The position numbers and the translations under genes are program-made. Shown in pieces: positions 26,601 through 38,219 of a stretch of 64,000 nt of DNA. Under the pieces are notes generated by a model. That model saw only the letters and a list, made by a program, of their open reading frames with translations. It had not been told where the DNA came from and ran no database searches. The stretch's first letter is position 1. Each line of letters opens with the position of its first letter. The DNA comes from Raillietiella orientalis (taxonomy: Eukaryota): positions 434,001 to 498,000 of the forward strand of contig JAYWIR010000027.1 in the NCBI GenBank assembly GCA_036172245.1. The letters are read 5' to 3'.

Positions 26601-29600
26601 AATTTTATGCAACATGAACGGGTGGTTCAAAAAGAAGATGTTTGCAAACATGAGATTTATGATTTCTTGTCTTCGGAACTGGGAAAAAAACGGGAAGAAG
26701 GAACACGAGGCAGGGGTAATGCGTCCTTTCTGCGGACGCGTGGCTATCGTGTACCGCAGATTCCAGCATGTGGTAAAGATTAATTTGGGAGAGGTACAAC
26801 CTCGAAATACGGTAACACCTTGAGGGGGCACGACACCGTTGGCCGTTAACTGAGAGGCCTTTCGTGGAGCGCCTGGAAAACCAAGGTGTCCCGGGAAATT
26901 ATCGCTCTGATACTTCAACGGAACGTCTCAGAAGAATGACTCCGGGAGAAATCCGCAAGAATAAAAGGGTTCCGCTTATTGTGACTGGTCGAAGAGCAAA
27001 AAAGAGCAAAAACGCAAGATGCTCACGATTTACCTATTCGAGTGCTGTTTGATTTTATGAGGGACGGAGATGGTGTTTAGTTCAGAACGTTCCCAATCTT
27101 CACTTCATTCCCAAAAGTAGGTCTGAGAGGTCCGACCTTCTCAACAGGCCTGTCCAAACATCCTAAAGACAAGAAAATCCGGCTTTTTACCCGACAGTTG
27201 TCGTTTTCATTTAAGCAAACCGTACGTTCCGTTTCCTTTCATTATCCTTACAACCACTTCGCATAGACCTCACGAGGATTTTATGGGAAACACTCGACGG
27301 AAACAAGCGACCTGCCACCAAGTCTTTTGGGTGAAGGTGGCATGAGTTCATAACCCCCCCGGCAACGTGGCAGATCTCTCATGGAGCCTACGGAATCACG
27401 GTGTCCTGGAAAATGAGCCGAAGATTCAGTTTCATAAGAAAAGGGAGGAGGGAGAAGTTCAGTAAAATCGAAACGGATCACGACTCTTTCTCCTCCGGGA
27501 GCGATGCATCCACTTGAGATTTCTCAGTCTGCTGTAACAAATAACTCGTAACTAAGGTTTTCAAAAAGCTACAAAGGAGTACGAATGGAGTGCCGGCACA
27601 CCTGCTCTTTGGAAAGCCTGTGGTAGTTAAGACTTTTCGCTGCCAGACGAAGTTCAGGTTTCATCTACATATGTTGTGCTGGGGCACAAGTGAAATTCCT
27701 AACCAGAATTCAGCCACGAAAGTCATCTACATATTCACATCTTTGCTATTCTGGTAGAGCATCCTGGTATCTCAGCAAACAGAGCGCATCTAACACGAGA
27801 GTCTGAAGATCGAAAATGGAAATCTTGAGCGGGAAGGGGAAGAATTGATGCGACCTTTATATGCCCATGCAACGAGTATGCTGCATAGCAACGAAAAAAC
27901 AGCAACTCTATCTAATAGGAATGCTCCATCTTAATATTCTCTGAAGCCTTGCTGATTTTATGTATTTCAGATGGGTGGTCATGTCGTCCTCACAAGCGAC
28001 AGGATCTCTTCTCGCTTACTGCAAGTTCCATTCCGTATGGAAGCGTAAAATCTGGTGCTCTACCAACTTCCATGCTTCGCTGAATCCGACCGCATCGCCC
28101 AGACTTCGAGCTTGGGGCAATCGTCTGTTTGGGTGCCCATGTTCTCTTGTTGGAGCTTTTTTTGCCTCTGGCTGGTTTGATCACGCAGATTTCATCTGCT
28201 GATCCGCTTTGTTCATTTATTTACATCTTTGGACGTCTGCTCCCGGTACACACGCCTAAAATTTGGCATCCCTGAAGTTTCCATAGACCACCATTGGTCA
28301 TCACTTATTATTACATCACATGTTATTACAGTTGTTACTCTGAACGCTCTTGGGGGCATAAAAGCCTTTCTCTTGAGGAACGAATGTCATTCTTCGTCAT
28401 CTGCACCTAGGAGCATTTCACAGAAGGTTGGGAAGAGCACATCACGTCACACACACACCAAAGCTTTGTCCCCCGAAAAGAAAGTTAATAAACGGTGAGA
28501 GGGATTGTTATTCCATCGGCTTTGGCATCCTCCAACGGGAAAACTTTTTCCTGTGTACCCAGACGGCACTTCATTCCTCGTTTCCAGTGACACCTCAGGT
28601 CGTCTGTTAGCGCGAATACCAAACATGCGGACCCGTGCTGGCAAACAAGCGGACCACAGACTAAACCAGCAGCGTTTTACGTTACCAAGGTCCATTGAGA
28701 GAATGAAATCAGTAGCCCAGGATACGCAAATCCGAATGCAACGGAGCGACGGATCATCCGACGGAGCAGTGCCGGGAGAAGAGCATTTGGACGCGACAGC
28801 AGGTCGTCAGATTGATTGCTCTCCCGGCGTCGCCTTTGACGATCCGAACTTTTCCGACGAGTCGAGCCTTCCAGAGATGCCCCAAGGATTCTCTTAACTG
28901 CGAGGGGTTTCGCAAATCAGAACGTATTGCTCGTCTATTCCGTTTTCATAGTAGGTCTCGAATGCATCTGCCCTCTCTTATCGAAGTTGAAGAGTGAAGT
29001 GCAAGGAGTTTCTTCACAAACCCTTTTCCTTTTCTTTAGGAAAAGGAATAACGTTTGTTAACCCCTAGCATCCTAGTAGTGTCCGATGGACACATTTTCA
29101 AATTGACTCACATACGAAACCAAAAGTACTGATTTGATTGAGAAATTACTTTGTTTCATTTTCATAATTACCTTACCCTTTTTTTTTTTTTAAGAAAAAC
29201 ATCGTTTATTTGAATAATTTACCAAAACTGCAACACAACAATTCAGATGTGTCCATCGGACACTGACAGAATACTAATTCGCACCTTTGCACCTATTTAA
29301 ACCTACAAGTAAATGGCGGGAAAATTGCGTACCGTTCCTGTTTTTATTTATTCCATCAATATGTACCGACATGTGCGGAGGCGAAGATTTTATTATAGAT
29401 GGTGAGCGCCTCTGACAGCGAAAGCAACTTCACAGAAAGGGCATCTGAGGTCGATGGTCAGCAATTGTACAGTGATGACGAAAATGCAAATGAAGAGGAA
29501 CAAGAAAACCGTTGCGAGGATCCGATTGATGAAGAGCGGGGGAAGATGGAGAAAGATGGAGCCGAGGGGGGGGAGGGGAAGGCATCAGGGGCGGAGTGCA

Positions 29601-32600
29601 CGAGGTTGCTCTCCCGCAAGAGAAGGGAATCCAGGACCCTATCGACAGTCCCCATTTGTTTTTCGTCCGCACTTTGCTGGAACATATTGCAGAGCGCACC
29701 GATTCCGAAGCTGAAAGAGAATGGGGAAGGAACAACCGAATTGCAAGCATTTATGGGTCCACCATTGACCACTGGTGTTTATTGGACAACAGAGCAACGT
29801 GGATTCTCCTTGCGACCGCGGGGAGAAATCCATTCGCGTCTATCCCACGTTTTCTAAGATCTGAAGACCAAAATACCATCGCACTTAAAAAGCCAAGAGG
29901 TGGACCAGCACTAAGAAAACAATTTTTGCTAAATGTCCTTACTAATCACATTGCTTAATAATAAGAACACGACTTGTCTAACGTGATGACTACTCATTTT
30001 TTTTCACATTATTGAATTCATTTTAGTATAATTTAGAGTAATCCGTCTATCTGGTCAGTTGCATTAGGAAAACACGTTGGGACGTTAAGGGTTGAGCGGT
30101 CAGTTCTGATGTTTTCCTATTCACTTCTCTTCTTTTTGATGGAGACAAAGGCCTCAAGGTATGAAAACAAAGATGAGATGGAACGAGGAAAGATTTTCAC
30201 CAATCCGCAATCCGTTCCCACTGTGATCACTTCATTTGTACAGTTAGGGAGGCTGTACGTTCCGGATTGAAGATTTCGAAATAATCGGTTGATAAGGAGC
30301 AGCCGCTGGTCTTCGTCGAAGTTGCCGCCGCACCGGAAGTGGGATTCCACTAGTGCATCCCCCTCGGGATGCGCCTAGGACTTCAAGAGCTGTGCTGGCG
30401 TGCACCCCACTTCCAGGGATGCAGGAGCTGCTGGGCTCGATCACTGCCTTGGCAGATGGCCTCTATCTGTGACGATGGCACCAGCGTTTTCAGGACGTCA
30501 ATCAAGGAGGGCATGCAGCTCAATACGCAGGAGCTGGAGCGAATCTGGACTTGCGGATGCTCGGGAATGATCTTCCTCATGGAACGGGGGCACGAGAAGG
30601 CAGCAGCTATCTCATGACAAAGATGCGACGGGGGAGGCAAAGCAAGTCAGCGCATCGCGGAAAGTCCACCACGAGATGGGAATCGCGAAAATTCGAATCT
30701 TTGGAAGAGAAAACAAGCCACTTTTAACTGCGCCCGTGTTTCCCCTTCTCCCCTGTCCATCCCTCTTCCCCATTCTGGAACTTGAGGCTGAAGGAAAGAA
30801 AGCGCTCGAAAGAGCGTTCTCGACGTGCATCTTGAGAAGTGAAGAGGATATCGGAGGAAACGGAAATGCAAGCGGCATTACGAAAGCACACCGTCACCGC
30901 AGCTTATCAGAGTCCTTTTAAGCATCTGCGTCGGAGTCTTTAACGCACCCGAATCTTTCGGCCCAGTGATTCTACTTCTGTAGGGAGGAGAGCCACAGAA
31001 TAAGGGGATGACGAAAGCACAAGGGCTGGCTCCAGCAGCAGGAAAAATCCGTCAGATTGCAGCGACGCGAGTACGACGCGAGTACGAACCGGAGAAATCC
31101 TTGCGGCCAAAATGGGGAGCCGAAGCAGAGAACACGTATCCCCGGACTCAGGAAAGCCGAGGTCAGAATAAACGACCTAGTCACTAAAGGGACACAAGGA
31201 AAGCAAGGCAGGAGGCGCCTCTGCCAAAGGGCGCAGCAGGAGCAAACTTCCACGCAAAACGGAAAGCGGACGAGCCTCAACAGCGAAAGGAACGGAAACC
31301 CACCGCCGTCTGGGAGGAGAAGACGAACTTTTGGAGATAACCGAGGCCAAAGCCCGGGAGCAGCAACATGTCAAGAGAAAGGAAAGAGGTTAGGGCGTAC
31401 GGCTTAATTAAGGAATGGATTCTTTTTCAAAATGAGCTGAAGCTCTTAAGTGTGTCGAATTCCCTCTCGAGGAACGCAGAATTCAACATACTAAGAGCGT
31501 CCAGCGCTGTCTTGCAAAATGGTCAAGATGTGTCGGACCGGCATCTAATGCTGAAAAGACATTCGGAGTAGAAAAGCCAAGCAGAATAGGGAAGAAATTT
31601 TACGCCATGATCACGAACTCACTCAAAGGTGTGCGACACTGAGACAGAATCCCAAAAGAGGAGGAGGAAGAAAAGGCTTGAAACGAGGGTTCCTCCTTCA
31701 TTTTTTCTCTTCGTTGCGATTGGATTCCCGTTGTACTTGTTTTTGTACATGTTTTGCTTCCAATGAGTCACCCCAGCTCTGATGGGAACGAGGAAGATGA
31801 CTTGCGGCTATGTTGCTCGCGGACGAAAACGCAGCGCACTTGCACGCGTTCTTTCCATGCACGCGGCAACAACTACAAAGCAACGGGTCCGGAGCCTGAA
31901 GAGAACGGACGACAGCATGGAACCGCCTGCCGTACTTACGAGATCGATAAAGACTCCGGAGTGCCTGCCGACGGTGTCGATCGCTTCTTTGCTCAGGGGC
32001 AACATGGCGGCTCATGAGGTTCGCTGGGGCACGAGCGCTGAAAACTTCGGTCGCCACCACACGATCTTTCGGGCCACGCGCCAACGGGAAGCGGCGGCGG
32101 CGGAGACGATTTTCTCGATCGCGAGGGGAAAGAACGGAGAGTCGAGAACAGACAGGGAGAACTCCCCAAGGCTGCAAAGTTGACGAGGCAAATTGTGCAT
32201 AGTGGGGCGGATTTCGAGAAACTCCTAAGGAAACCTCCCATCCGCATTCGCCTTCTTCGAACCCCAAAATTTCGATTCTCAAGACGCTTCCTCTCGAACC
32301 GGCACCGAGAGATCACTGCTGCTTCAAACGACAACTCGGTTTTTGCTATCTTGCTGTGGTGGAATCTTCGATTCCAAGTGGTCCTTATTTAATTGGGAAA
32401 TGAACGAAAGTCAGATCCGACCACAACAGGATGCTCATGTTGACCTCCTCAAATGTGTCTAGTCTCTTCCCTCATCCTTTTCCCAACGAGCAAGGCTACC
32501 CATGAGGATGCTCTTTGCGCAGAAGTACACTAAACAAGAGGATGCACATTGAAAGCAAGATCGCACCTCCGTTAAAGAGTTCGCTCTCAAGCGGAAGAAA

Positions 32601-35600
32601 CGGCTCATAGTCCAGGGACCTGCGAGGGTCACTTGCACTCCGCCTCGTCCTTGTTTCACAGTTCACCCACCGATCATGACGATGGAATCCTTTTGGGTTC
32701 TTTTCTGTCTTCGCTGTTATTCCTTTCAGCTTTTTTTTGGCTCGTTAAGTACCTCATGAACCGTCGCGCGCCTGGCGGCCCACGCAGCTCTTTGACACTG
32801 TTCCACGCCACCCGAGGGTGCATGTACTTCTTCAAGATAAGGAGTACCTCGGGAGGGGATCGCCCTATGAATCCAGAAAGGGCTCGGAGTCCGTTCCTCT
32901 CACGCCTAGGGAGGGATCCCAGGAATAGAGATCATCTCCACCCTGGTTGTCTCCGAAGGAGAATTTCGATGGGAATCTCATTCCTTATTCTCTCTGGAGG
33001 GACCTTCGGAGGGTCCCTCCGGAGACGCTCCATTTTTTCTTCTGCAGAGGGAACCCGCAAGGAAACCGCTCCTGTTTACTCCTCTGAAGCGAACCCCGAA
33101 GCACGCTTCCGAAATTCAGAAGGAATCTGCTTCTTTGAAGGGATCGGCTCGCTTCTCTGCACTCTCTGGAGAGGTGGCGACACGCCTACTCCATGGAGGA
33201 TCCCCCCGAAATGTGGGTACGCTCCTTTGCACTACAAGGGGGGAACTCCCATTCCTTGATCCCTGGAAGGACCCGAAAGTCGACTTCCGATCCCGGCCAC
33301 TCATCGGGGGCATCCGGTTTCAGCCGCCACCGGTGACGCAGCACCCGAATGGATGTGGACCAACCAGCGTGGTCTCGCGGGAGGAACTCGAACCCACGAC
33401 GCACCCTCATCTCTCGGAGTGGATTCCTTTATAGTATTCGAACCCGCAACGCTTGGAGCCACGGGTGGAGACCGTGTGGCCTCCGACGCGGGCCGGGTTT
33501 GCTGAGTGCCTCTAGCCGCTTCTCGGTCTTTTGTACGAGATCCTACAAGCTCCGACAGTCTCCGGGTGATGCCTTCACGTCACTACCACATACGGAAGAA
33601 GAACTTATCCACGAGAAGCTTGCGGAAGTGGGAGGATGACGAATTCGAGGAGGAAGCTAAGGGACGCCTGACGAAATGAAGAAATCCTTCACGGTGAACC
33701 TTCAACGAGGAAGCAGGTGATGCAAACAAGGATAAGAAGGTCAAGTGGTAATGACCTCCCCCAGAGCGAGTGCCAGCGACCGTAAGGGTGATCATAGATC
33801 TCTGAGATCATGGACAACGAAGGAATGGAGAAGTCTCGCGGAAGTTGAAAGATCTCGAGAATCAAGAGGGACAAGCGTTAGATAAGAAATAGTGTGCTCC
33901 CGCATCCACTGTTTCCATGATGTGCGTTGGAAACATCCGTTAGGCCACCTCCCGTAACGGAAGAGCTTCCAAAATCGTAGGCTGAGTTGAAGAGGCAGGC
34001 GGCGCAGATGGTGGACCCCCCCCCCCCCCCAAGCATTCGTCTGCACCCTCCTCCCTTTCAACACGAATGTAAGAATTTTGAATGAAATTCGTTATGGAGG
34101 CTTTGGATGTCGGTGCAGCTCACAGATCTTCTAGTAAACCGTACTGACTTCCTGGTTGCTTCGCACCGCTGGTGAAACCTCAAGATGGAGAAGTAGTGCC
34201 ATTCAGCCATTTTGGTTTCGTGATTTTCGGCACGGGAAAGGCAACAAAAACCCTGCACATGTTTCGAAGACACACACGTTGGTGAGCATGCCGAAGAGCA
34301 GCTCTTCCTGAGGATTCTGCCCGTAGTCTGCTTCCCCCTGCTATGTCACACACGCGGGAGCAGACCACGTTTTGCAAGTCCGGGATCTCAGGCAACACGG
34401 AGACAGTTCGGGGATAGCAAATGCCACGACGTGTTGGATCTACGACTTACGCAACTTTGTTTCCCTGTGACCTTTTGTTTTCTGTTTCCCAAGGGCTCCT
34501 CGCGCAGAGCGGACATAAACGCAGGGCAGAATCCAAACACCAAAGCGAGACGACAAGATGGCGCATGCCATCACTGTAAGTCAGGCTAGCAAGCAAACTG
34601 TCCTTTGAGGTACGGCTTCATGCTTGCGCGCTTTCGCGGCGTCGCAACTTCTCCAGGAACCTGAGGAGGGGGGTGGAAGATCCGGGGAGGATCTGCTCGA
34701 ATACAAGCGAGTGCGCATCGGAAAGCATCGAGGCGATAGTGAAGATTTCCGCTCGCGGGGGGTCCGCCCGCTCGTCCGTCGACAGGAAAGAGCGTCCCAC
34801 ACACCACACTCGCGCGCGCATCGGATTCTGGGAACTGCTCCTGCGGATGCGTAGGGGTGCGAACGGCGGCAGAAGTAGTGGCACATTTCTGAAACTACCA
34901 GAACCCTCCGGAAGAGCGGGCTGCCACCACGGGGGTGCCCCATATCACCGACAGCCATCCTGACTCTTTGGGAAGATGCCTCCTTTTCTTACTCGGGAGA
35001 CATCTTCCGATTGCACCCATCCTTAGGTCCTGGAACACGCGAGAGCGCCATCTGATCTAGTTGAACTTCGACGACCTTAAGTGATGTTTGGCAGAGAGGG
35101 ACGAGAAAAGAAGGGAAGGAGGTAGAGTGGCACAAAGGAGCTCTTGCAGAAACAACCTTAAGAGCTTCATGGTTTCCCCTTCCCCCCTATTTCTGAAAAT
35201 TCGCATCCGTGGATCTTGGGGAGAGAAGCACGGTCTTTCGACGGTGTAGTTTCACGCCGGATACACTGCAGGAGCTGGGAGCGTGCTGATGGGGAGAGGG
35301 AGGAGAGGGAGACTCCAAAATTCGCGACGGACAGTCAGGACCTGAAAGCTGACTCGAGTATACCACGCACACAACCGTACGGAACACCTTCAAGGGAGAA
35401 GACCACCGCAGCGTGGGAGCAAAACAGCTGGTTCCTGCCGAGCAAATCTGACTGGGGAACCCGAGCCGAGAGCTCCATCCCGAGAAGCATGCGGCAGAGC
35501 CAAAAGACAAGAAATGGAGGAGAGAGCATCCGAATGCGTTCTGAAAGGCAATTGGCGAGATGGCATCCTCCCTTCACGAAGCGCAAGCTTAAAGGAAGGG

Positions 35601-37567
35601 GCGATGGGAAAGCGGGAGAGCGAAGCTCGAGTAGCCCCCGAGAGCAGCACGGGGTTCGCAGGACTGAGGAGGATGACCAAGTTTCAGTAGCACAGGCGAC
35701 AGACTTCCCACGCAGGAAGAGCACAAGGAATCGTGCAGCTCACTACCAAGAAGGGGCAACTGCGTGCGTCTCTGCGGTCGAGAAAGAGATGGAGAGCTAG
35801 CAGGAATCAAGGAGTGGGAGTTCCCCCCTTGTAGTGCAAAGGAGCGTATCCACATTTCGGGGGGATCCTCCATGGAGTAGGCGTGTCGCCACCTCTCCAG
35901 AGAGTGCAGAGAAGCGAGCCGATCCCTTCAAAGAAGCAGATTCCTTCTGAACTTCGGAAGCGTCCCTTCGGGGTTCGCTTCAGAGGAGTAAACAGGAGCG
36001 GTTCCCTTGCGGGTTCTCTCTGCAGAAGAAATTTCTGATAATGGATCCTTTCCGGGTTTCCTCCGCTAAAGAAAAAATGGAGCGTCTCCGGAGGGACCCT
36101 CCGAAGGTCCCTCCAAAGAGAATAAGGAAGGAGATTCCCATCGAAATTCTCCTTCGGAGACAACCAGGGTGGAGGTGATCTCTATTCCTGGGATCCCTCC
36201 CCAGGCGTGAGAGGAACGGACTCCGAGCCCTTTCTGGATTCATAGGGCGATCCCCTCCCGAGGTACTCCCTATCTTGAAGAAGTACACGCACCCTCGGAT
36301 GGCGTGGAACAGTGCTGAAGAGCTGCGAAAACAGCAAAGACAGAAAAGAAGGATTTCCGAACGGACGGTGCTGTTCGTCCATTCCAGCTGCACCTGTTGG
36401 GCTACGGTACTGCCACCAAACCAAGCTGGGAAATGGTGAGAGGAACAAATCATTCAGGAGATCCGGAATCACTCCAAGCAAAAGGAAAGCGAGAGCTGCT
36501 TTCTGCAGCTTGCACAAGGTTTCCTTAACCTGTCCTTAAACTTCAGGGGAATGGGAGGCACGACGTGCCTGGATGAGGGAATCCAGGACGAGCAAGTCCG
36601 GACCGGCAGCGTTAGATGACGTCCAGGAGTCGCCGAGACCCTACAGCAGCAGCGGCAGGCAGACCGAGTCGTAGCACGCAACCCTGCCCCCCCTCCCCCA
36701 GAGCAGAGAGGATGGACCGCACCTTGCAATGGTCTTTCAAAATTGAGGAGCTGCGGCAGGCAGACTGAGCTGTTCCGTCCGAGGAGACCCTGTCGCCGGT
36801 CGAAGGTGAACGAATCTGTTCTTACTTTGACCGGCGGCTCTGAAGCTTGATGAGAAGTCGGTGGAAAGGAGAGCGCGAAAGAGAGCAAACGGAGATTCGG
36901 CACAGAATGGCACTGCCTCCTCGGCACGACTGCCGAAGAACCGAGCGCATCAGAAGCGATGCATCTTTGTCCCGGGCCGACGCCGATTAATTCGACCACG
37001 GAGGATTGGCGGTGCAGCTGACTCAGTCAAAAAAAAAACTTTCCCGCGGCTCAGCGCGGGGGGTGACCCTTGAACACCTATCGTGCGGCGGTTCACCAAT
37101 AACGAGGAAGACGAGAAAGGTCGAAGAGAATGCCTCTTTCCTCCAAAAGAAGAAACACACCATGTTCTGCAAGGATCCACGAATATCACGGGTGGGTGGT
37201 AGGATCCTCCATCGTGAGGAAAAAGTCGAACAACCGTCAGGCAGTGGGACACAAGAGATTCCGGCAGGTTATTCAAGGAAGACGCTAGGGAGAGCGGGAT
37301 CGAAAAGCGGGAGGTAGGGGCAGGAACAGCAACAGCAACAACGAAACGCATCCCGTAGTAAAAATTCCTCATCATCCAGTGCTCGCAGCTGCACTTTTCT
37401 TTTTTGACCCGGGCGAGATAAGTATGGCGGGGATCTGGGACCGGCACGCCCCATGCGAAGAGACCCCTCGGTCAAAAATACACCGATTTCCCTTACCTGT
37501 CGCTGTCAAACAGGCGCAAGCACATTTCAGCATCCAGAGATCCTGGATCTGTGGGCACGTCCTCCAT
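14609..37567 (-). CDS. Naam: Nicotinamidase (isochorismatase family) with N-terminal EF-hand pair, 344 aa
   Basis: Exons: 37497-37567 (MEDVPTDPGSLDAEMCLRLFDSD), 26456-26585 (DDALSPLEFANLCSALFRD...IFDRNR), 26316-26372 (DGFICRAEFQDCWTFWIQT), 26160-26264 (ICHPKCALIIVDVQNDFVTGSL...), 18255-18389 (...YTMDYHPENHISF...), 15467-15595 (...GPPPMRQKMWPKHCVQGTWGAEIHPGLK), 14959-15130 (...YKGTEPEVEAYSGF...CGVAYDICV), 14758-14900 (ETCLDALRLGYRMVVIEDACKG...), 14609-14701 (...GKDRRPQMGY...*). Intron phases are all compatible and the total is 1035 nt. The catalytic D-K-C triad and metal ligands (DxH, PKHC) are present, and the architecture matches insect Naam. One donor is non-canonical (see findings). Confidence 0.93.
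16724..16981 (-). mobile_element. Partial copy (5' portion) of the tRNA-derived SINE family
   Basis: Shares ctccttgat..cctggaag.acc..gaaggtcgact..cccggcc..actc.tcgggggcatcc with 33250-33315. Has two B-box-like motifs (plus-strand atccgaacccgcgacgcac and ggattcgaactcgcgac) and ends at ggcctcc like the other copies. Confidence 0.7.
18620..19345. repeat. Extremely AT-rich low-complexity tract with (TA)n runs
   Basis: Multiple (TA)n runs and a degenerate direct repeat of about 55 bp (atttatttt..aat.cttt.aata..cat...caat...aatcaacaa.ttat.aatt) near 18772 and 19231. Confidence 0.85.
19635..19870 (+). mobile_element. Divergent copy of the SINE 5' region
   Basis: gcgggctcgaatac...aaggaatcgac..cgaga...gcgtcgtggg...cttccagg is colinear with the reverse complement of 33260-33450. 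Confidence 0.5.
20240..20432. repeat. (CA)/(TA)/(CG) mixed microsatellite
   Basis: Alternating purine-pyrimidine tract (acacacggacacacacatagacatatacatg...). Confidence 0.8.
22900..23165 (-). mobile_element. Possible decayed APE-type endonuclease fragment (LINE or Helentron origin)
   Basis: The minus frame reads RVDALESHLKQEDSLTKELAGVCILSET*SD...IPKR*DGSGCGIS. This resembles the APE 'lcLsETW' and 'R.GGGV' motifs, but it has in-frame stops. Confidence 0.25.
24900..24985 (-). mobile_element. tRNA-like head of a second SINE type (fragment)
   Basis: Minus strand ...gaccgaaaggctgcGGGTTCGAACTCgccaggc contains a Pol III B box, but no intact cloverleaf could be folded. Confidence 0.35.
25072..25714 (-). 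mobile_element. Full-length tRNA-derived SINE (about 640 bp) with poly(A) tail and 14-bp TSD
   Basis: On the minus strand it starts GTCGGAGGCCTTGTGGTTAAGGC (A box, 25692-25708), has B box GGGTTCGAATAC (25655-25666) and ends in an A-run (plus T-run to 25084). The identical TGCGTTCGGTCTTT flanks both ends (25058-25071 and 25715-25728). It lies in Naam intron 4. Confidence 0.9.
29062..30091 (+). mobile_element. Internally deleted piggyBac (PGBD-like) element
   Basis: TTAA|CCCCTAGCATCCTAG ... TTGGGACGTTAAGGG|TTGA gives imperfect TIRs and a TTAA target with one mutation. The frameshifted transposase N-terminus shows an acidic stretch, DPIDSPHLFFVRTLLEHIAERTD, TTELQAFMG...TGVYW and RFLRSED, then jumps to a C-terminal RKQFL motif. 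The catalytic DDD core is missing. Confidence 0.8.
31780..32110 (+). mobile_element. Decayed LINE ORF2 endonuclease fragment
   Basis: LLRGNMAAHEVRWGTSAENFGR resembles the APE motif il.GDfNAHh..WGs...n.rG, and is preceded by CGYVARG and PP motifs in the expected order. Confidence 0.35.
32690..33487 (-). mobile_element. Long variant of the tRNA-derived SINE
   Basis: Same 5' end (GTCGGAGGCC at 33487), two B boxes (33434-33445 and 33385-33395) and the same hairpin body as 25072-25714. It has a 3' extension of about 280 nt including an A8 run (32731-32738). No TSD was found. Confidence 0.85.
35801..36350 (+). mobile_element. 5'-truncated copy of the long SINE variant, inverted relative to 32690-33487
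   Basis: Near-identical reverse complement of 32783-33266. The ORF track independently shows the same peptides on opposite strands (e.g. STSGGDRPMNPERARSPFLSRLGRDPRNRDHLHPGCLRRRISMGISFLIL). Confidence 0.9.
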
Positions 37568-38219
37568 CCTCTCGCAGCAAGTAGCTTTCGCTTTCGCGGG
37601 CCTTCAGTGCAACCGTGGAGGATGGATACTGACCGATGGCGGACGACTCGGCTTCTCCGCTTAACGCCTCAAGTCCGCGGAGACTTGTCAGAGACGGACC
37701 ACAGACTTTCCGAAGTGCAAAGCTTCCGTGACAATGATGCTCACTCTGGAATGCAAACAAAAAACACTGGATGGAAGGCACAAGAAAAAGCAGCTCCGAG
37801 CCTGTATTTATTTAGTGCAAGGTGAGTTCGACTGACGCCAAAAGGCTTCGCAAGTTGAGTCACGGAATCTAGGATGGGATACCTCAGGGGAAAACTACGG
37901 TATTTATCAGTCGACATCACTTGATATGGTCACAGTGCACAACTATTTTCCAAAACGGTTTCCGTTTAATGCAGGGTTTGGCTTGAGATGGTTTCCAGGG
38001 AAACATGGAATAACCTGGACCTGCGCCGTGGTGCATTGTCATATCCCATCCATCTATTATTTATTCGCTTTTTTTTTTTTGTACAGCACTGGCATTCTCT
38101 GTTAACAGTTATTATGGTAAAAGACTGGTACCTTTGGAGACAATCTGGTTGAGGGAAAAATGGTGATGAAAGCCTTCCTGAAAAATTCTTTGCGTTGTTG
38201 GAGTGTTTCGAGCTTTCTA

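Noticed and set aside
27000..28300. Possible extra minus-strand exons (several AG/GT-bounded segments)
   Set aside because: No recognisable protein, and the true Naam exon 1 at 37497-37567 joins exon 2 in phase without them.
36895..36965. HDV-like ribozyme look-alike (TTCGGCA...TGCC-TCCTC-GGCA...TGCCGAA)
   Set aside because: Lacks the 5' G, the P1.1 GG after P1, and a P2 partner.
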